Assembly: GCA_030649735.1 (NCBI GenBank)
Contig: JAUSFL010000006.1
Span: 1 to 18,093 of the forward strand
Reading direction: 5' to 3'
Source: Candidatus Iainarchaeum sp.
GTDB taxonomy: Archaea > Iainarchaeota > Iainarchaeia > Iainarchaeales > UBA10191
Length of the DNA: 18,093 nucleotides
In this document: one piece after another, positions 1 to 8,459 of the stretch
How the letters are laid out: every line of letters begins with the position of its first letter
How positions within the stretch are numbered: position 1 is the first letter of the stretch
The notes under the pieces: model-generated
What the model was told of the DNA's origin: nothing
Databases searched by the model: none
Seen by the model: only the letters and a program-made list of their open reading frames with translations
Made by a program: the position numbers and the translations under genes

Positions 1-248
1 ACACCATTGCCCATGCGACTTTGAGTACACCAGCTTGAAATATCTACAGTGCTACCCGAAGTGCCAGAAGAACTTCCACCAGAGCCATTTCCACCATTGC
101 CCGATACATTTCCAGAGTTAGTGTTTCCTCCAGTTCCTCCACCACTGCCTCCATTAAAGTCATTCTGGTCTCTTGCTTGCGGAGTTTGAGTACAGCCAGC
201 AAGCATAATTGCAGCCAGTATAATCAGAATTATTAGTGCCTTTTTCAT
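1..248 (-). CDS. Lipoprotein with Gly/Ser/Asn-rich linker (3' end runs off the window; absent from the ORF track)
   Basis: Manual translation from the ATG at 248 gives MKKALIILIILAAIMLAG|CTQTPQARDQNDFNGGSGGGTGGNTNSGNVSGNGGNGSGGSSSGTSGSTVDISSWCTQSRMGNG..., open to position 1. Basic N-terminus, hydrophobic core and LAGC lipobox. Confidence 0.85.
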   Translation of the reverse strand, partial: MKKALIILIILAAIMLAGCTQTPQARDQNDFNGGSGGGTGGNTNSGNVSGNGGNGSGGSSSGTSGSTVDISSWCTQSRMGNG

Positions 249-278
249 GATTTGAACTATATTATCAACAATCTTTCC

Positions 279-290
279 TTTAAAAACCTT
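279..290 (-). promoter_or_regulatory. Putative archaeal BRE/TATA (AAGGTTTTTAAA) for the lipoprotein at 248, probably leaderless
   Basis: Minus strand reads AAGG-TTTTTAAA, ending about 30 nt upstream of the ATG; no SD motif seen. Confidence 0.45.
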
Positions 291-315
291 ACTGGCTTTT
301 CTAGCCTCTGCAGTC

Positions 316-768
316 TTACTCGCTAATATCTTCTCTCCTTATTTCAAACCCGAATTCCAAAAGCTCTTCTGAAGAAATGCAAAGCAAGTGCTGTTCAGAG
401 CCGCCGCCGCAAATGATTTGCGGTTTGGAAGCAAGAGTTTTGTCAATCACTGTCTGAACTCCGTAAACGCTTATTGGAGGAACAGCGCCAACTTCATAAC
501 CGGTGATTTCCTCAACTTCTTTCGGAGTTGCCATGCGCGAAGTTTTGGAATTGAAAATTTTCTGGAGCTTTCTTGCAGAAACCTTTTTGTCGCCTGAAAC
601 AATTGCAAGCACTGGCTCGTTATTGTCCAAAATAAAAAGAATTGACTTTGCAATTTCGCCAACTGGCACTTTCATGAAGTTTGCAGCCTGCTGTACGGTG
701 TGAACTTTCTTGCTGCAAAAAATAAGCTTTGCCTTGAGCTGGTTTGCCTTGATGAAGTCTTCAATCAT
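316..768 (-). CDS. YbaK/EbsC family aminoacyl-tRNA deacylase (trans-editing, INS superfamily)
   Basis: 150 aa with 'HTVQQAA', 'IAKSILF' (conserved Lys), 'RMATPKEVEEITGYEVGAVPP' (GxxxP loop) and 'CGGG'. Confidence 0.9.
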   Translation of the reverse strand: MIEDFIKANQLKAKLIFCSKKVHTVQQAANFMKVPVGEIAKSILFILDNNEPVLAIVSGDKKVSARKLQKIFNSKTSRMATPKEVEEITGYEVGAVPPISVYGVQTVIDKTLASKPQIICGGGSEQHLLCISSEELLEFGFEIRREDISE

Positions 769-835
769 TTGGAATTCACTAAAGTATTAAAAAGCAGGAA
801 ATGCTTTTAATTTCACATCCAAGTGGAGGAAAATT

Positions 836-1351
836 ATGAAATATTCATTGATTATAATTGCAATATTAGCTGTTCTTGCGATTGCCTTGGCAGGCTGTGC
901 TGAAAGCGAGCTGCAAGGAGACGCACTAAAGCAGTCATTGGAAGGCAAGTACTGCAAGTCTTCAGAGCCTTACCAAGACACTGTGCTTGGTTATTTGGAG
1001 CAAAAGGACGAGATCTTAAATCAATGGTATGCGGTGATTGTTTGCAAGGAAAAAAACTTGAACACTGGAAATTTTGAAGTCAAAATTCGTTCTGACATAA
1101 TAACTGGAACAAGCCTTGACGAAAATTCAGCCTTGGAATTTTCTAAAAAAGCAGAGCTTGAAGGCAAGAATTACTTCATTAGGGGCGATCCATTCACTCC
1201 AGAAGGAAAGCTTGACAAAAGAAGAATTGAGTACAGGTTCTATCAAGAAAATGGACTCCCGCAAAGCATTGAGGTTTTTATGGTTTTAAGGAATTCTGAC
1301 AGGACAGCAAAGCCTGAAAAGACTTTAAGCATTGACTGGCCTGCAAGTTAG
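836..1351 (+). CDS. Hypothetical lipoprotein
   Basis: MKYSLIIIAILAVLAIALAG|C lipobox; GGAGG SD upstream; soluble domain with two further Cys, family not recognised. Confidence 0.8.
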   Translation: MKYSLIIIAILAVLAIALAGCAESELQGDALKQSLEGKYCKSSEPYQDTVLGYLEQKDEILNQWYAVIVCKEKNLNTGNFEVKIRSDIITGTSLDENSALEFSKKAELEGKNYFIRGDPFTPEGKLDKRRIEYRFYQENGLPQSIEVFMVLRNSDRTAKPEKTLSIDWPAS

Positions 1352-1371
1352 AAAAGAAAGCGCTGAAAAAC

Positions 1372-3915
1372 TCAGCGCTCTTTCGCTTCAAACTTCAATC
1401 CAGCCTCTTCAGCAAGAATGCTGGCTTTTGGGGTTTGCTCCCACGTAAATTCTGGAAGCTCGCGGCCAAAATGGCCGTTTGCTGCAGTCAATTTGAAAAT
1501 TGGCCTCTTAAGGTCTAATTCCTTGATGATGTTTGCAGGCTTGAAGCTAAAGTGCTTTCTCACAAGCTCTTCAATTCTTTCTTCAGGCACTTTATTGGTG
1601 TCAAAGCAATGCACCAGAATGCTCACTGGCTCTGCAACTCCAATCGCATAAGCGACTTGCACTTCGCACTTTTCAGCAAGGCCGGCCCGCACAATGTTTT
1701 TTGCCACAAAACGGCAGTAATAGGCTGCAGAACGGTCTACTTTAGTGGGGTCTTTTCCTGAATTATGGCAAACAAAGCCATTTGCAGTGAAAGTATGGCT
1801 GCCTGGCACAAGTAAGTCATACACGTGTGCGAAAGAACTTTCAATCTTTTTAACCTTAGGGTAGAAATGATTCATTTTGTATAATAACTCAAGTTTTTTG
1901 AATTCTTTTTCAAAACCAAGCTTGCCTTTATAGGTTTCCAGAAAGTTTTCGAGTTTGTTGTAAGTTAATTCTTTCGTTGCTTTTCCAGTCCTAGCCCTAG
2001 TAAGTCTTCCAATATTAGCTTGGTCTTTTTGATGCTCGTTTGTTGAAAGTTTTTCCCAAAGCAATCTTATTCTTTCCTGCTGATTAGGGATCCTCAGAAA
2101 GTTTTCTTTCTCTTCAAAGTTTATTTCATTAAGAATTTTTTGTTTCCTCGGCAAATTAAACCCTATTTCTTCTTTAAAAACTCTGGCACTTTCAGAACCT
2201 TTAACGCGGAGAGCATAAACAATCCTTCGAGAGGTTGCTTCTCTTCCATTAATTTTGAACTTTTTTCCAGCATTATCAGTTGTTTGAATTCTTGAAACAA
2301 CCCCAAAACTCAATAATAATTGCTGAACTTGCTGTATTAAAGTATAAGAAGTTGAAACTAGTTTTATGTCCGGAAAACTCTTGTTTCTTCCATGAATTCT
2401 TACACCCCCATCAGTGTCAAATAAGCCCCTAAGAAAAGCTGCGATAACGCTCTTTTGTGCCTTAAATAGTTTTTCTGGAACTGCCTTTTCCCAAGATCGT
2501 TTATAATCCAAGCCAATGTGCTTCAAATAAGCTCTCAGCTCAACACCACCAACATAGGCCCAATGGCCAAAAATCTTCCATTTACTGCCAAAAAGCCTTT
2601 CATATAACTCACTTATGTTGCTTTTTTGTTCCGATTCGCAAACACAAACAGCTATTGCGCCATCCATCATGCAATTTCCGTCTCCAACAAGCAATCCAAG
2701 CAAGTATGCATAATCATCAGTTAATTCTTTTGGCAGATCAAACTTGTTTTTTCTGGCTTCGGCAGTTCCTTCCTTATAATTATAATTAAAATCGCTCAAA
2801 TCTACCTTTTCTCCAAATAATCTGTTTTTTTTATGGATTGCGATGTAATCGCCTTCTTTTAATTCATCCAATCTTTGCCAAACATAATCGCCTTTTTTGT
2901 CAATGATTCTAACACGCTGGTTTTTTGAGCCTTCTAAACAATAACCATCATCAGTTGTGACAGCAAAAGTTTCCATTTCACCATTATCATACCATTCTTT
3001 TGCTGGGGTTGGATGGATATCAGTCTTAACAAGTAAATGATTCTCGACAGTTTCCTGCATATTTCTAATCGGCTCTAAACCTTTTTGCGTGTTAATTAAA
3101 GAATTACCTTCAACACAAAAAGCCCCTCCCCCATGATAGCCTGCGCCGCCGTAAGAGTCAACAATGATTTTCCTTCCAGTCACTCCAGAATCTCCAGGCG
3201 GGCCGCCAATCACAAAGTCGCCAGTAGGGTTTACGAAAATTTTTGTTTTGGAATCAATTAAATTTCCGCAAACTGGCTTGATTACTTTTTCAAGAATGTC
3301 GTCAAAAACTTGCTGGTGCTTTACATTAGGCGCGTGATGAGCGCTAATTACAACTGCCTCAAGCCTTGCAGGCTTTCCATCCTTGTATTCAACAGAAACC
3401 TGGCTTTTTCCATCAGGCCTAAGGTACGGAATTGCCTTGCTCTTGCGGACTTCAGAAAGCTTTGCAGTTAATTTGTGCGCCAAGGAAATAGGCATTGGCA
3501 TTAATTCTGGAGTTTCATTGCATGCAAAGCCAAACATCATTCCCTGGTCGCCAGCGCCCTGCTCTTGGAACAAGCCTTGGCCTTCAGTGACCCCTATTGA
3601 AATGCTCGGGCTTTGCTCGTGCACTGAAATCAAAACTCCAACAGAGTCAGCATCATAGCCTACCTCTGGAGAATTATAGCCTATTTCGCGAATTGTCTCT
3701 CGCGCAATCTTTTGATAGTCAAGGACTGCCTTAGTGGTTATTTCGCCGGCAATCACACACAAGCCAGTAGTCACCAAGGTTTCAACAGCAACCCTTGAGT
3801 TAGGGTCTTGCCTTAACGCGGCGTCCAGGACAGCGTCTGAAATGTGGTCGCAAATTTTGTCGGGGTGCCCTTCAGTAACCGACTCCGAAGAAAAAATATA
3901 ATTTTGCTTTTTCAT
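1372..3915 (-). CDS. metK: S-adenosylmethionine synthetase (bacterial/eukaryotic-type MAT), intein-containing; spliced product about 395 aa
   Basis: Motifs [60 protein letters not shown]...[11 protein letters not shown] and GHFGR. N-extein 266 aa plus C-extein 129 aa. Confidence 0.97.
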   Translation of the reverse strand: MKKQNYIFSSESVTEGHPDKICDHISDAVLDAALRQDPNSRVAVETLVTTGLCVIAGEITTKAVLDYQKIARETIREIGYNSPEVGYDADSVGVLISVHEQSPSISIGVTEGQGLFQEQGAGDQGMMFGFACNETPELMPMPISLAHKLTAKLSEVRKSKAIPYLRPDGKSQVSVEYKDGKPARLEAVVISAHHAPNVKHQQVFDDILEKVIKPVCGNLIDSKTKIFVNPTGDFVIGGPPGDSGVTGRKIIVDSYGGAGYHGGGAFCVEGNSLINTQKGLEPIRNMQETVENHLLVKTDIHPTPAKEWYDNGEMETFAVTTDDGYCLEGSKNQRVRIIDKKGDYVWQRLDELKEGDYIAIHKKNRLFGEKVDLSDFNYNYKEGTAEARKNKFDLPKELTDDYAYLLGLLVGDGNCMMDGAIAVCVCESEQKSNISELYERLFGSKWKIFGHWAYVGGVELRAYLKHIGLDYKRSWEKAVPEKLFKAQKSVIAAFLRGLFDTDGGVRIHGRNKSFPDIKLVSTSYTLIQQVQQLLLSFGVVSRIQTTDNAGKKFKINGREATSRRIVYALRVKGSESARVFKEEIGFNLPRKQKILNEINFEEKENFLRIPNQQERIRLLWEKLSTNEHQKDQANIGRLTRARTGKATKELTYNKLENFLETYKGKLGFEKEFKKLELLYKMNHFYPKVKKIESSFAHVYDLLVPGSHTFTANGFVCHNSGKDPTKVDRSAAYYCRFVAKNIVRAGLAEKCEVQVAYAIGVAEPVSILVHCFDTNKVPEERIEELVRKHFSFKPANIIKELDLKRPIFKLTAANGHFGRELPEFTWEQTPKASILAEEAGLKFEAKER
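1762..3117 (-). mobile_element. Intein (452 aa) with LAGLIDADG homing endonuclease inserted in metK
   Basis: Starts at Cys (GGGAF|CVEGNSLI) and ends [21 protein letters not shown] followed by +1 Ser (SGKD). LAGLIDADG-like blocks [11 protein letters not shown] (about 2676-2710) and [13 protein letters not shown] (about 2404-2443). Visibly more AT-rich than the exteins. Confidence 0.96.
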
Positions 3916-3948
3916 TAAAAATTCCCCCTAAAAGACTGTAAAGCAGGC

Positions 3949-4007
3949 ATAATGAGGAAAGAATAGTTTATTAATAATTTTTGAAACAAATATTCATTAA
4001 AGAATAT
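3949..4007. promoter_or_regulatory. Divergent metK/regulator promoter region: symmetric TATA-like element plus operator-like palindrome
   Basis: Palindromic TTATTAATAA at 3968-3977; inverted repeat ATATTC-ATTAAA-GAATAT at 3990-4007; degenerate copy ATAATGAGGAAAGAATAG at 3949-3966 (13/18 identical). Confidence 0.5.
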
Positions 4008-4042
4008 AATTAGTATGTGTTTGAGAAAGAGGGCGATTTTGA

Positions 4043-4609
4043 TTGACTGCAATTCCAGACCTGAGTGAAATAAAATTCAAGAGAAAGCAGTTCAGCCTCA
4101 CGCAAAAAGAGCTTTCCCAAAAGTCGGGGGTTTCGCAAAGCCTGATTTCAAAAATCGAGGCAGGAGTTTTAATCCCTAATTTTGAGAACGCTAAAAAAAT
4201 CTTCGACTGCCTGAACGCGTTGAAGGAAGACTCTGAAGTGAAGGCAAAAGACATAATGCACAGGAAAATTTATGGAGTGAAGCCGAAGGAAAGCCTGCAG
4301 GTCGCAATAAGGCTGATGACTTCCAAGGGAATTTCGCAAATGCCTGTTTTGGAAAACAATCATTCAGTGGGAAGGATTAGCGAAAGGCTGATTGTTTCAA
4401 GAATAGGCTCGCGGGAATCATTCGGGAAATTAAGCGTTGAGGAAATAATGGACGACTCAATGCCTGTAGTTCAGGAAACAACGCCTTTAAGCGCGGTGAC
4501 AGAACTGCTGAAATACTCTTCAGGAATCCTTGTCGGAAGCCATGGGAAAGTCGTTGGAATAATCACAAAAACAGACTTGCTGAAAGCAAGCATTGCAAAG
4601 AGAAAGTAA
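4043..4609 (+). CDS. Transcriptional regulator, N-terminal XRE/Cro HTH plus C-terminal CBS pair (COG3620-like)
   Basis: 'IKFKRKQFSLTQKELSQKSGVSQSLISKIEAG' is an XRE HTH; 'VKAKDIM...ISQMPVL...VGRISE' and 'VEEIM...VVGIITKTDLL' are two CBS domains. TTG start with GAGGG upstream. Confidence 0.92.
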   Translation: MTAIPDLSEIKFKRKQFSLTQKELSQKSGVSQSLISKIEAGVLIPNFENAKKIFDCLNALKEDSEVKAKDIMHRKIYGVKPKESLQVAIRLMTSKGISQMPVLENNHSVGRISERLIVSRIGSRESFGKLSVEEIMDDSMPVVQETTPLSAVTELLKYSSGILVGSHGKVVGIITKTDLLKASIAKRK

Positions 4610-4645
4610 CTTTTTAACGTGAAAAAAGCCCAAAAAAGGCATAGG

Positions 4646-4653
4646 TTTAAATA
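4646..4653 (+). promoter_or_regulatory. Putative TATA box (TTTAAATA) for the surface-protein operon
   Basis: TTTAAATA preceded by a purine-rich stretch, in the 4610-4732 intergenic region; AGGGGG SD before the TTG at 4733. Confidence 0.45.
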
Positions 4654-4732
4654 TTTCCCCGCTAGGGAGTTATATTATAGACACTTCTTAACTGTGCCTA
4701 GTTAACTGTATTTTTCTTTAGGGGGTTTTGTT

Positions 4733-5266
4733 TTGGATTTTAAGCAATTCTCAATGATGGCAGTAATTGCCTTAATGATTTCAGGCCTTGCCTTGGCTCA
4801 AACCATCAAGGCGCCAAGCCTTGTTGAAATAACCCCGGAAAACAAGGAATTCACTGTAAAAGTCACTAACGACTCAAACAAGCCAGGCACTATTTCAATT
4901 CTTTTCTCAAGCCCAATGGACTATGACATTCAGCCAACGCCAGTAAGCATTCAGGCATTCACTACGCAAAGCTTCAAAATCAAGCTTTCCCCCGACAATT
5001 CACAGTCAAACCAAAGCTTTGAAGGCACAATAATCGCAACTATAGGGGATTCTGCAAGCAAAAAAAGCATTGAAGTCTCAATTTCAGGCGATTTTTCAAA
5101 AAAGCAAGGCCAATCAGGCAGCACTGGCTTTTTTGCGCTGCCAAGCCTGGGAAACTTGAGCTGGGACCAAATTTTGGATATTTTACTAGTAATTATAATT
5201 GTAATTCTTGCAATCGCGTTGTTTGCAAGGCTTGTGAACAGGGGCAAAAAACAAGGAGAGTTCTGA
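4733..5266 (+). CDS. Small membrane-anchored surface protein with one Ig-like beta-sandwich
   Basis: Signal peptide (...SGLALA|Q), about 95-aa beta-strand-rich domain ('FTVKVTN', 'FKIKLSP'), C-terminal TM helix (ILDILLVIIIVILAIALFA) and basic tail. Confidence 0.8.
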   Translation: MDFKQFSMMAVIALMISGLALAQTIKAPSLVEITPENKEFTVKVTNDSNKPGTISILFSSPMDYDIQPTPVSIQAFTTQSFKIKLSPDNSQSNQSFEGTIIATIGDSASKKSIEVSISGDFSKKQGQSGSTGFFALPSLGNLSWDQILDILLVIIIVILAIALFARLVNRGKKQGEF

Positions 5267-5267
5267 A

Positions 5268-8200
5268 ATGAAAGCAAAAATACTCGCGGTAATCATTGGA
5301 ATTTTCATGCTGGCTTTTGCAGCGTACGCGCAGGCAGAAGCACCAAGCCATTTGGAACTTGAAGTCTTGAATCCGCAATCAGGCGCCTTGATAAGCCAAG
5401 CAAACGGAAATTACCGGATTTTGTTCAAAGTTTACGACACTAACATTGCCGCGGACATTAACGCAAGCATTTACTACTTTGATTCAAGCACAAAAGCAAT
5501 AGTAGAAAACCTGCAATTGAAGACACAAGGCAATTGCACAAGCATTGACTGGACAGCAAAGCCAACTTGCTATTTTGACTGGAACACTGCGGGAATAAAC
5601 ACTGCAGCGCAATATTTACACACTATAGCGCAAGACTTGAATGCAGGCTGGTCTACAACATTCATTTTTGGAATGACAATAGACAACACTCCGCCTTCAG
5701 GAGTTTCAATCCAAATAAACAACACGCAAGCATTGACAAACGAAACAGGGCTTTCTCTAGGCTTAAGCGCTAGCGCTGACGCAAACCAAATGCAATTCTC
5801 CTGCGACAATTCAAGCTTTACTGCGTGGGAAAACTTTGCAGCAAGCAAGGCTTTAGACTTGGCAACTGGAAATGGAGCATGCAATGCAACAGACGGCAAC
5901 AAAACAGTTTACTTCAGGGTTAAAGACACCGCAGGAAACAATTCGGCAGTGGCTTCGGATTCAATAATTCTTGACACCGTGGGGCCAACAATTGAAATAA
6001 CACAGCCGCAGGGCAATGGATTCGACAATAATTCAAGAAGGCAAATCATTGCAAGCATTTCAGACAGCCTTTCAGGCCTGAAAATCAGCTCATTAAAATT
6101 CAGGATTGACGAAAAAAGCAGGGCTTTGGGAATCTTTGCGGATTATTCATTGGCATTCGCAAGCGACACCAATGTTTTGACTTACACTCCAAAAACAATA
6201 GACTACAACAACGGGCCGCACTACATTCAAATAGACCTGAATGACATTGCAGGAAACCAGGCAACTGAAACAGCAAGCTTCAATATTGACTTGAATGCGC
6301 TTGACGCAATAACAGACTTGAATGGCGGAATCCAAGGAAACATGCAAATAACAATAGCTTGGACTGCCCCATCACTAGCCGGGGCAGACTTGAACTTTTA
6401 CAAAATTTACAAAAGCCGAAGCCCAGTGGTTGAAATATTCAAGCTGGCAAGCTATTATGCAAAAACAAACAGCACAATATTTGATGACAGCAACATTGCA
6501 AAAGGAAGCACTTACTATTACTATGTGACAAGCGTTGACGCCGCGGGAAACGAAAGCAAATTATCCAATGAAAAAACCGTCCAAGTGCAGGGCTTTGTGC
6601 AAATAAGCTTTGACAAGAACGCAATAACACTGGAGGAAGGAACTTCATACAGCATTGAAGTGACAGTATTCAACGACACCCAAGAGTCAAAAAACATTGC
6701 TTTAACCGCCTCAAGCGATGACGGCAGATTGAACGCAGAGCTTGGCTCGACATACTTCAGGCTCAACCGCGGGGAAAGGACCACATTTTCCCTTTCACTA
6801 ATTGCTGAAAGCAACGTAAGGTCAGGCGACCACGAAATCACAATTGAATTAAACTATGACAATTTGACAGTTACAAAAACAATTGACGTCACTGTAGGAA
6901 ACAGCGATTTTGTCAGCTTTGACATTCCAGACCCTGAAATCTGCAATGAAGATTACACAATCATAATTCCAGTCGACATTACAAACCTTTCAAGCAACAC
7001 CAAGACAATCAGCCTGACTGCATCAAACAGCACTTTCATGCCTTACTGGGATGACAGTCCAATACAATTGGATCCTGATGAAACAGCAACAACAGACTTG
7101 ATATTGAACAACCAGCCGGCAAACGGGCTTGAAGGCCAGTACACAATCCAAGTGACTGCAAGAAGCGGCAGCAATATTTCAGTCCAAGACTTGGAAGTGA
7201 ATATTTCAAACTGCAATTCTTCAGGCTCAAGCGATTTTTCACTGACTGTTGACAATTCTTCAATAGAAATCCGCAAGAACGAAAAACGGAGAATCGAGTA
7301 CAGGATTACAAACAATTCAGACTTTGACCAGTACTTTCACGTCAGCGTTGAAACAGACTTGCACACAGACTACAATTCATTGATTTTCGTGCATTCTGGA
7401 GACACAGAACGTGACTTTTCTTTAGTTAGCGCGGGGCCATTCCAGGAAGCCGACAAAAGATACGATTACAAAATTATAGTGTCAAATGACGACTTCACTA
7501 AAGAAAAAACAATCAGCGTCAGGGTTCTTCCAACACACTACTTCGAGTTTTCAGCAAGCGTGCAAAGCCTTGATTTAAGGCAGGGAGAAAGCATTACAAT
7601 CCCGATTGAATTCGACAACGCGGACTACACTGAAGACTTCACTCTAGGCATTGAAAAAAGCGATTCTGCAATCACAACAGGCTTTAGCGAACCAACATTC
7701 AGAATGCTTGCAAGGGAATCAAAAACCGTGAATTTGACAATCACCGCGCCAAGCAATGCGGCATTAGGAAGCAGGACTTTCAAAATCACTGCAAGAACTG
7801 GAAGCGTTCCAACAAAAAAACTGGACTTGGGCCTTAACATAACAGCGGCAATCCCAATTCCTGAAACAACCCTCCTGGACATTGAAAGCTATCCAACACA
7901 AGTGCAATTAATGCCAGGCCAGTTCAAAGAAATAACTTTCATAATCTACAATCCATCAAGCAATCCGGCAAGCACCACAATAGAGCTTTCAGGGCTTCCG
8001 GACGGAGTCTCGCTCGAAGAAGACATTATTGAAACAATCCAGGCAAAGTCCAGAAAGACAATAACCGCAGTCTTGAAGGCAGACAAGACAGCAAGCACTG
8101 GAGACTTTGAAGTTGCGGCAAGAATTCAGGCGTTTGGAATGACTCAGACAAAAAGATTCAACCTGACTGTCGGAAACCAGCAGCAAGGATTCCTGTCAGG

Positions 8201-8339
8201 AATAATTTCAGGATTTTTGACCTTGGGCGAAAGCGTCTGGCTTGGAGTATTGGCATTAATAGCGATAATTGTTGTCTTAGTAATGCTTGGAAAGCTCGCA
8301 GGCAATGGAAAGCCCAAAGAAACATGGGTTCAAAAATAA
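5268..8339 (+). CDS. Large membrane-anchored surface protein with Ig-like, FN3 and repeated NEW3/COG1470-like beta-sandwich domains
   Basis: Signal peptide (...AAYAQA), 'IDNTPP' and 'LDTVGP' Ig-domain junctions, FN3 ('ITIAWTAP...YKIYK...YYYYVTSVDAAGNES'), about five roughly 105-aa repeats ('IEVTVFN', 'IPVDITN', 'IEYRITN', 'IPIEFDN', 'ITFIIYN'), many N-x-S/T sequons, C-terminal TM. Starts 1 nt after the upstream stop. Confidence 0.85.
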   Translation: MKAKILAVIIGIFMLAFAAYAQAEAPSHLELEVLNPQSGALISQANGNYRILFKVYDTNIAADINASIYYFDSSTKAIVENLQLKTQGNCTSIDWTAKPTCYFDWNTAGINTAAQYLHTIAQDLNAGWSTTFIFGMTIDNTPPSGVSIQINNTQALTNETGLSLGLSASADANQMQFSCDNSSFTAWENFAASKALDLATGNGACNATDGNKTVYFRVKDTAGNNSAVASDSIILDTVGPTIEITQPQGNGFDNNSRRQIIASISDSLSGLKISSLKFRIDEKSRALGIFADYSLAFASDTNVLTYTPKTIDYNNGPHYIQIDLNDIAGNQATETASFNIDLNALDAITDLNGGIQGNMQITIAWTAPSLAGADLNFYKIYKSRSPVVEIFKLASYYAKTNSTIFDDSNIAKGSTYYYYVTSVDAAGNESKLSNEKTVQVQGFVQISFDKNAITLEEGTSYSIEVTVFNDTQESKNIALTASSDDGRLNAELGSTYFRLNRGERTTFSLSLIAESNVRSGDHEITIELNYDNLTVTKTIDVTVGNSDFVSFDIPDPEICNEDYTIIIPVDITNLSSNTKTISLTASNSTFMPYWDDSPIQLDPDETATTDLILNNQPANGLEGQYTIQVTARSGSNISVQDLEVNISNCNSSGSSDFSLTVDNSSIEIRKNEKRRIEYRITNNSDFDQYFHVSVETDLHTDYNSLIFVHSGDTERDFSLVSAGPFQEADKRYDYKIIVSNDDFTKEKTISVRVLPTHYFEFSASVQSLDLRQGESITIPIEFDNADYTEDFTLGIEKSDSAITTGFSEPTFRMLARESKTVNLTITAPSNAALGSRTFKITARTGSVPTKKLDLGLNITAAIPIPETTLLDIESYPTQVQLMPGQFKEITFIIYNPSSNPASTTIELSGLPDGVSLEEDIIETIQAKSRKTITAVLKADKTASTGDFEVAARIQAFGMTQTKRFNLTVGNQQQGFLSGIISGFLTLGESVWLGVLALIAIIVVLVMLGKLAGNGKPKETWVQK

Positions 8340-8459
8340 AGACTGAATCCATTCTTTAATTCTTTTAACTGATTCTTTGCAAAACAAAGGCGATAATTAA
8401 AGCCCAAAAGTCAAGTTTTTTAAGCCAGTTCAAGCATTATAGTCTATCATAAAGAGGCT

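Noticed and set aside
50-160. Short imperfect repeats (ccacca/ccatt/ttcc) suggesting a tandem array or CRISPR
   Set aside because: They are Gly/Asn/Ser codons of the lipoprotein linker; there is no fixed repeat-spacer period. Nor is it a strict collagen G-x-y repeat.
3916-3960. SAM riboswitch upstream of metK
   Set aside because: The leader is too short and AT-rich, with no SAM-I core or extended pairing visible.
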